Source of the DNA: Squalus acanthias
Lineage: Eukaryota
Assembly (NCBI GenBank): GCA_030390025.1
Contig: CM059432.1
Location: forward strand, 126,606,001-126,670,000
Reading direction: 5' to 3'
DNA: 64,000 bases
Shown: piece by piece, positions 59,950 through 64,000 of the stretch
Position numbering within the stretch: the first letter of the stretch is position 1
Layout of the letters: every line of letters begins with the position of its first letter
Notes under the pieces: model-generated
The model's input: the letters and a program-made list of their open reading frames with translations, nothing else
The model's database searches: none
What the model was told of the DNA's origin: nothing
Position numbers and translations under genes: made by a program

Positions 59950-62470
59950 ATTGTTACAGCCTTCTCTTTTCCCAAAGAAACAAGCCCAATTTCCTAACTT
60001 TTTCCTCATTAAAATCCAGAAGCATCTTTGATGCTCATCTATATCTTTAGAAGGCTATTAATGTCCTTCCTACAATTAGGTAACCAGGATACCATACAGT
60101 ATTGCAAGTGGGATCTGGCCAGCATTATACAGCAACAAATATAATTTCTTATTAGTTGTATTCTATCCATCTGTTAATGGAACCCAGTAGTTCTTTTACT
60201 GTTTGTACCATGCAATGCTGCAGCTTTCATAGATTTTGCAATTATAAACCCAGGATTTCTTTCCTGATTACGCAACACAACACTTCTGTTTAACATATTT
60301 TGATACTTTCCTTCACAGCCACTCTATAAAAAAAAATCTTCACAATGTCAAAGACCAATGTTAAGTCTCCTCTTAATCTTCCCTTTTCCAGAGGAAAAAA
60401 AAGAGCCCCAGCCTGCTTAATCATTCCTCAATTCTGGTAATAACTTGGTAAATCTTTTCTACACTGTCTCCACCTAAGCTGCAAGACTGTTTGTGTCGTC
60501 CTGTATTTTGCTGTAGTCTTCTACAATATTTTCTATACCCCCCCCCCCCCCAATCCAATTTAAAAAATATATAAATACAGCACAAACAGGCCATTCAGGC
60601 CAACCAGTCTATGCCCCACTCGAGCCTCCTCCCGTCTTTCCTCATCTAACTCTTATCATCATAACCCTCTATTCCTTCTCCCTCATAGGCTTATCTAGCC
60701 TTCCCTTAAATCCATCTATACTATTCGCTTCAACCACTCCCTGTGGTAGCGAGTTCCACATTCTCACCACTCTCTGGGTAAAGAAGTTCCTTCTGAATTC
60801 CCTATTGGATTCCTTGGTGACTATCTTATATTGACGGCCTCTAGTTTTGTTCTGAAAAACAACCGTCCTGCTCCAATGGAAGCGCTGTTTATGGCAGTGA
60901 AATGGTTAATTGTTCAAATAACAAATCTCAATTCGAGCTGTATGACACTGATCAAAGGTTTAAAGAATGAATCATGGAATTATACCACACAGAAGGAGGC
61001 CATTCAGGCCTGTGCCATCTGTTTGAAAGAGTTTTCCAATCAGTCCCACACTTTCCCCATAGCCCACCAAATTATAACCTTTCCAATATTTATCCAATTC
61101 TCTAATAAGAGTTATTATTGATTTTGCTTCCACCATTGTTTCAGCCAATGCATTCCAGATCTTAACCACTTGCTGCGTATCTAATGCTGTCCTCATCTCC
61201 GCTCTGGTGCTTGTGCCAATCATCTTAAAATCTGTGTCCTCTGGTTACTGACCCTTCTGCCACTGGAAACAGTTTCTCCTTATTTAATCTATTAAACTCC
61301 TTCAAGATTTTGAACACTTCTCTTAAATCTCCCCTTAACCTTAATGAGAACTGTCTCAGATTCTCTAGTCTCTCCAAGTAACTGCAGTCTTTCATCCCTG
61401 GTACATTCTAGTAAATCTCCTCTGCACCCTCTCCAAGGCCTCGACATCCTTCCTAAAGTGTGGTGCCCAGAATTGGCCACAATGCTCCAGCTGGGGCCTA
61501 ACCAGTGTTTTATAAAGGCTGAGCTTTTGTACTTGTGCATCTATTTAGAATATAGAATATAGAATGGTTACAGCAGAGGGACCATCGAGCCCGTGCCGGC
61601 TCCAACAAGAGCACTTCAGCGAGTCCCACTCCCCCGCCCTTTCCCCATAGCCCTGCAAATTTTTCCCCTTCAGGTTCTTATCCAACTCCCGATTGAAAGC
61701 CACGATTGAATCTGCCTCCACCACCCTTTCTTCTGCCAATCACCTGTGTCTTCTGGTTCTCGATCCTTCCGCCAATGGGAACAGTTTCTCTCCATCTACT
61801 CTGGCTAGACCCCTCAATCAAATCCCCTCTCAACCTTCTCTGCTCGAAGGAGAACAACCCCAGCTTCTCCAGTCTATCCACGTAACTGAAGTCCCTCATC
61901 CCTGGAATCATTCTCGTAAATCTTTTCTGCATCCTCTAAGGCCTTCACATCCTTCCTAAAGTGTGGTGCTCAGAATTGGACACAATACTCCAGTAGAGGC
62001 CAAACCAGTGTTTTATAAAGGTTCATCGTGACTTCCTTGCTTTTGTACTCTGTGCCTCTATTTATGCTTTTTTAAACCACTTTCTCAACCTGCCCTGTCA
62101 CCTTGAACAATTTGTGCACATATACCCCCAGGTCTCTCTGTTCATGCACCCCCCCCCCTTCAGAATTGTACCCTTTAGTTTATATTGCCTCTCTTCGTTC
62201 TTTCTACCAAAATGAATCACTTCGCACTTTTCTGTTACATTTCATCTGCCACGTGTCCGTCCATTGCACCACCATTATTTGATATCATCTGCAAATTTTG
62301 ACATGATATCTCCAATTCCCAAGTCCAAATCATTGATGTGCATGGTAAACAACAGTGGTCCCAGCACGGATCCTGCAGGACACTACTTCCCACTTTCTGC
62401 TTGTCCAAAAGAAAAGCTTTGCTCAAATCTTGCCCTCCGTTTTGTAGCCATCTTTCAATCCATTCTGCTC
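59950..62470 (-). mobile_element. Cluster of co-oriented CR1 3' fragments of several ages (~59950-60480, 60575-60850, 60970-61530, 61548-62260, 62260-62470)
   Basis: Repeated QKRFTRMIPGMRDFSYVDRLEKLGLFS, NFFTQRVV and FADD motifs, plus 3' UTR GAATGGCC blocks. Confidence 0.85.
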
Positions 62471-63192
62471 CCCGGCTTCAACGGTGAACTGGTCATTCAT
62501 TTTAACCCCATTCAGATTTTTTATGTTATATTATATAAACCAGACTGGCATTTGTGTTATTTAATTTTTACTGAACAATAAAACTGCCATAATACGTGCT
62601 GCTGCCAGGCAATGTTCCCCCAAGGATCGATCGCGAGGTCCAGCACAGGCCGCTTACCAGCTGCAGCCACTGGTAAGATGCCACGCAGCAAATTTAAAGG
62701 GCCCGCACACGAAAATAAAGTGAGGGAACATTACTGCCAGGTTCTCTTTTTAATCCGGTCTGCCGATCACAAATGGTGCTTCTCTGATCTGCAGGCTTGT
62801 CATAAAAATGTGCTACGTACTTTCAAAAAATATTATTTCAATGAAGCCAGCTGCAAGCTGAAGTCTGACCAACCACAAGTCAGAACTTTTGCTGGGAGCC
62901 TGTAAATATAAGTAGGTCAAACTAGATGGACAGTACAGCAAATTAATTTGACTGGCTTTACTAAAACAAAATACATTTTGTTGTACTGTAATTAATCATA
63001 GAATAGTATCTTACAGCACAGAAGGAGGCCATTCAGTCCATCGTGCCTGTGCTGGCTCTGTGAAAGAGCTCTCCAATTTAGTCCCACTTATGTAAACGCA
63101 AGTAACGCTGGACACATTAAAAACAGAACAAATCTGCATTTCATTCGCGGGTATGGTTATTTAGGAGACAACTAATGTATTCTAATACGATA

Positions 63193-64000
63193 GCAAAATA
63201 CTGCGGATGCTGGAAATCCGAAATAACAACAGAAAACGCTGGAAAAACTCAGCAGGCCAGGCAACATCCGTGGAGAGAGAAAGAGAGTTAACGTTTCAGG
63301 TCGAAACCCTTCGTAGGAACTGAGAGAGCAAGAAATAAACAGATAAAAATGCAAGGGGGAGGCTGGGGGGAGGAATAAAAGAACAAAAGGGATGGTCTTT
63401 AGTGAGTAGAGACATTCAGAGATGCTCAAGGCAAGACGAGATGGTAATGGGACAGGTTGAGAAACAAAAGGTAAGGTGTGAAATGCTGGCAGAATCAGAG
63501 ACAGCTGCCGTGGGGGGAGAGAGAGAGAAAAAAGGAAAAAGGCACGGACCAAAAGAGTGGATAAAATGTATACATATGTGGTAGGGTTATGATCTGAAAT
63601 TGTTGAACTCGATATTGAGTCCGGAAGGCTGTAAAGTGCCTAAACGGAAGATGAGGTGCTGTTCCTGGAGCTTACGCTGCGCTTCCGTGGAACAATGCAA
63701 GAGGCCGAGGACGGTGAGGTCTGAGTGAGCGTGGAGGGGTGAATTAAAATGACAAGCGACCGGAAGCTCGGGGTCACCCTTCCGGACTGAACGGAGGTGT
63801 TCCGCAAAGCGGTCACCCAATCTGCGTTTGGTCTCCCCAATGTAGAGGAGACCACATCGTGAGCAGCGAATACAGTATACTAGATTGCAAGAAGTACAAG
63901 TAAATCGCTGTTTCACCTGGAAGGGGTGTTTGGGGCCCTGGAGAGTGGGAAGGGGGGATGTATAAGGGCAGGTGTTGCATCTCCTGCGCTTGCACGGGAA
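63193..64000 (-). mobile_element. 3' part of a Penelope-like retroelement, probably Neptune-type; continues beyond the window
   Basis: GIY-YIG ORF end, pyrimidine-rich 3' UTR, pLTR 63193-63322 with a mutated hammerhead core. Confidence 0.9.
63587..64000 (-). CDS. C-terminal Cys motif plus GIY-YIG endonuclease of a Penelope ORF (partial, open to the window edge)
   Basis: FPCKRRRCNTCP...FTCTSCNLVYCIRCSRCGLLYIGETKRRLGDRFAEH...HFN...EQHLIFRLGTLQPSGLN, 138 codons with only the terminal stop. Confidence 0.9.
   Translation of the reverse strand, partial: FPCKRRRCNTCPYTSPLPTLQGPKHPFQVKQRFTCTSCNLVYCIRCSRCGLLYIGETKRRLGDRFAEHLRSVRKGDPELPVACHFNSPLHAHSDLTVLGLLHCSTEAQRKLQEQHLIFRLGTLQPSGLNIEFNNFRS

Overview
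Repeat-dense vertebrate DNA, almost certainly from a shark or other chondrichthyan, judged from its HE1/V-SINE, SacSINE1-type DeuSINEs and shark-style CR1 3' tails. No host protein-coding gene is confidently identifiable, so the window is intronic or intergenic. Main contents: (1) a structurally complete 4.24 kb PIF/Harbinger DNA transposon (50687-54926) with TIRs, a 3-bp TSD, an intact 386-aa DDE transposase and a convergent three-exon Myb/SANT partner gene broken only by a G-homopolymer frameshift; (2) a decayed copy of the same architecture, an internally deleted derivative, older relics and many Harbinger-type MITEs; (3) many CR1 LINEs, one nearly full length with a nested insertion, plus L2 and RTE fragments; (4) two Penelope-like families whose pseudo-LTRs carry minimal hammerhead-ribozyme motifs, including a 166-bp-arm hairpin and an open GIY-YIG ORF running off the window end; (5) a LINE family whose endonuclease ORF directly follows the head and body of a tRNA-derived SINE also present here; (6) a 1 kb C-rich minisatellite and a 443-N assembly gap. 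All calls were made by eye, family names come from recalled consensus motifs, and boundaries of old repeats are approximate.
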